Positions 53,613-55,066 of a stretch of DNA of 55,066 nt are shown here, one piece after another. The notes beneath the pieces are model-generated. The model searched no databases, was not told the origin of the DNA, and was given only the letters and a program-made list of their open reading frames with translations. Made by a program: the position numbers and the translations under genes. Position 1 is the first letter of the stretch. Each line of letters opens with the position of its first letter. Source of the DNA: a virus (Duplodnaviria; Caudoviricetes); the IMG/VR virus record IMGVR_UViG_3300046170_000069, positions 1 to 55,066 of that record; one strand, 5' to 3'.

Positions 53613-53735
53613 CTATTTATTTTTACGTCTCTCCCACATACTAAGAGCAATAGCAACAGCCTGCTTCATAGGTTTACCCTCCTCCATAATCTTGCGCACC
53701 TTATCAGCTACGAACTTATTCTTCTTGACTCGCAT
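53613..53735 (-). CDS. 40-aa basic protein with KQAVAIALS motif (not in ORF track)
   Basis: MRVKKNKFVADKVRKIMEEGKPMKQAVAIALSMWERRKNK. Confidence 0.7.
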   Translation of the reverse strand: MRVKKNKFVADKVRKIMEEGKPMKQAVAIALSMWERRKNK

Positions 53736-54306
53736 CTCTACCCTGTCTGTATATATCTAGGTATTCCATCACAGGCTTGTTTACACCTTGAGGTTTATAA
53801 TCTCTACCATCTCTAAGTGCAGCAAAGAACTGCCTCACACCTTGACGGCCTAAGAAGTTACTTAGTGCAGCCACCTCATCTAACGTAAAGTCGAACTTAT
53901 CACCAAGCTGTTCCGCATATTCCTCTGTCAGATCATACGCATTCTTCTCCAATGACGGTATATTAGGTAGCTCACCTTCATATCTCATCATAAATACTTT
54001 GTTCTGCAGGTCCTTATCCTTAGAGAACTGATCTCTACTCACCCCCTGCATAAACGGTAGGTCCTTTATCTCATTATATAGCTGACCATACAACCCAGTT
54101 GCCGAACTATATGGGTTCACCATAAGCGCTCCACCAGCACTCTCCACATTGGCCACCCCTCGCATTAGATCACCAAGGTCTATAACACCCTCTTCGTGAA
54201 ACTCTTCGAAGTCTATAGGTACTAGCTCACCTGCTTCATTGTACTTATACCCTTTCGGTGGATCTTTCTGTAAGCTACCACCATTACTAAATCTATTTAC
54301 TATCAC
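53716..54306 (-). CDS. Lysozyme-fold/lytic transglycosylase-like protein
   Basis: Catalytic-type VES followed by NPYSSATGLY; N-terminal FSNGG and DPPK. Confidence 0.6.
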   Translation of the reverse strand: MIVNRFSNGGSLQKDPPKGYKYNEAGELVPIDFEEFHEEGVIDLGDLMRGVANVESAGGALMVNPYSSATGLYGQLYNEIKDLPFMQGVSRDQFSKDKDLQNKVFMMRYEGELPNIPSLEKNAYDLTEEYAEQLGDKFDFTLDEVAALSNFLGRQGVRQFFAALRDGRDYKPQGVNKPVMEYLDIYRQGRDASQEE

Positions 54307-54324
54307 GACGAATGGATTCTTTTT

Positions 54325-54588
54325 TTACTTTCTGTTCCACAATCCTTGGTATTGTCCGCCAGAAGCAGAGTCAAATGCTTTTTTATCTAATTTCCTAAAC
54401 TTACCATCTTCTCCTTGTACACCTACCTCACCTGTTCTTTGATTAAACGAGTAGTTGCTTTTTCTATTACCAGCATTGTTGGCAAAATTCTGGATCTCAC
54501 CATAGCTAGCACCATCTTGCATCATCATATATATGATAGCCATATTATCGTTCTCTACTTTTGGAGGATCTTTCTTTTTTACTCGCAT
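54325..54588 (-). CDS. Hypothetical protein
   Basis: 87 aa; starts MRVKKKDPPK, sharing MRVKK and DPPK with neighbouring genes. Confidence 0.65.
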   Translation of the reverse strand: MRVKKKDPPKVENDNMAIIYMMMQDGASYGEIQNFANNAGNRKSNYSFNQRTGEVGVQGEDGKFRKLDKKAFDSASGGQYQGLWNRK

Positions 54589-54877
54589 ACAACTATTCTT
54601 GCGTTTAAACTATAAATGAATCTTCAGTACATACAACAAAACCATCTGAACAGCTTATCGCTATACTGTCGATGCCGTAAAGGTATAAACTATTTTTTAA
54701 AAAGTCAAGTCTCTAGTAAAGCTTTAAGAGACAGCCTCTAATTTGCTAACAATCACAGCGTTATGGGTTATAAAGTAAAAATAGCGTGATGAATACATAG
54801 GCTTAGAACCATCGGATTTCTGCGAAAATGACGTAGTAGACTGTAAAAAACGATCAGAAATACATATGGTGGGGATT

Positions 54878-55066
54878 ATACATAGTATATGACGGTAGCA
54901 TTACGATACTGAAACGCAAAAATCAAACCCCGTACCCCAATATTAGACGCATTTTGCGCATACTTTTTAGCTTTTTGGTAACTGCTTGTAGTTCAGCAGC
55001 TTAGGTACGTTAACTTATAGTCGAGCATTAACTGAATCTTGTAACGTGTTATATCTCAAGTAGTGA
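54878..55066 (+). repeat. Terminal direct repeat, right copy
   Basis: Exact match to 1-189. Confidence 0.95.

Overview
The window is an apparently complete, circularly closed tailed-phage genome of about 54.9 kb (bases 1-189 are repeated exactly at 54878-55066). The host is almost certainly a Bacteroidota/Flavobacteriales bacterium: there are TAnnTTTG -7 promoters, A-rich starts without Shine-Dalgarno sequences, and a T9SS sorting domain. The + strand arm (about 0.7-12.9 kb) holds small early genes, a GP88-like protein, an SSAP/exonuclease/SSB recombination module, a primase-helicase, a resolvase and a class II ribonucleotide reductase. The - strand arm (54.6 to 12.9 kb) holds a lytic transglycosylase-like protein, DUF5675, GroES/GroEL, terminase, portal, capsid, podovirus/crAss-like tail proteins, large internal proteins and a holin. 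No DNA polymerase, RNA polymerase or integrase was recognised. The main observations are: (1) a translationally coupled cell-envelope module in the late operon, made of a Cys-rich T9SS cargo, an outer-membrane beta-barrel, a membrane protein and an exported thioredoxin-fold protein; (2) a 115-nt tRNA mimic with acceptor stem, T-arm and CCA but no D or anticodon arm; (3) a tail stabilisation gene apparently split by an insertion ending in a dockerin-like domain; (4) a [FY]xxGG motif shared by many small late proteins; (5) a 15-bp palindrome present three times in the early region. All family calls come from motif recognition by eye, and no searches were run.
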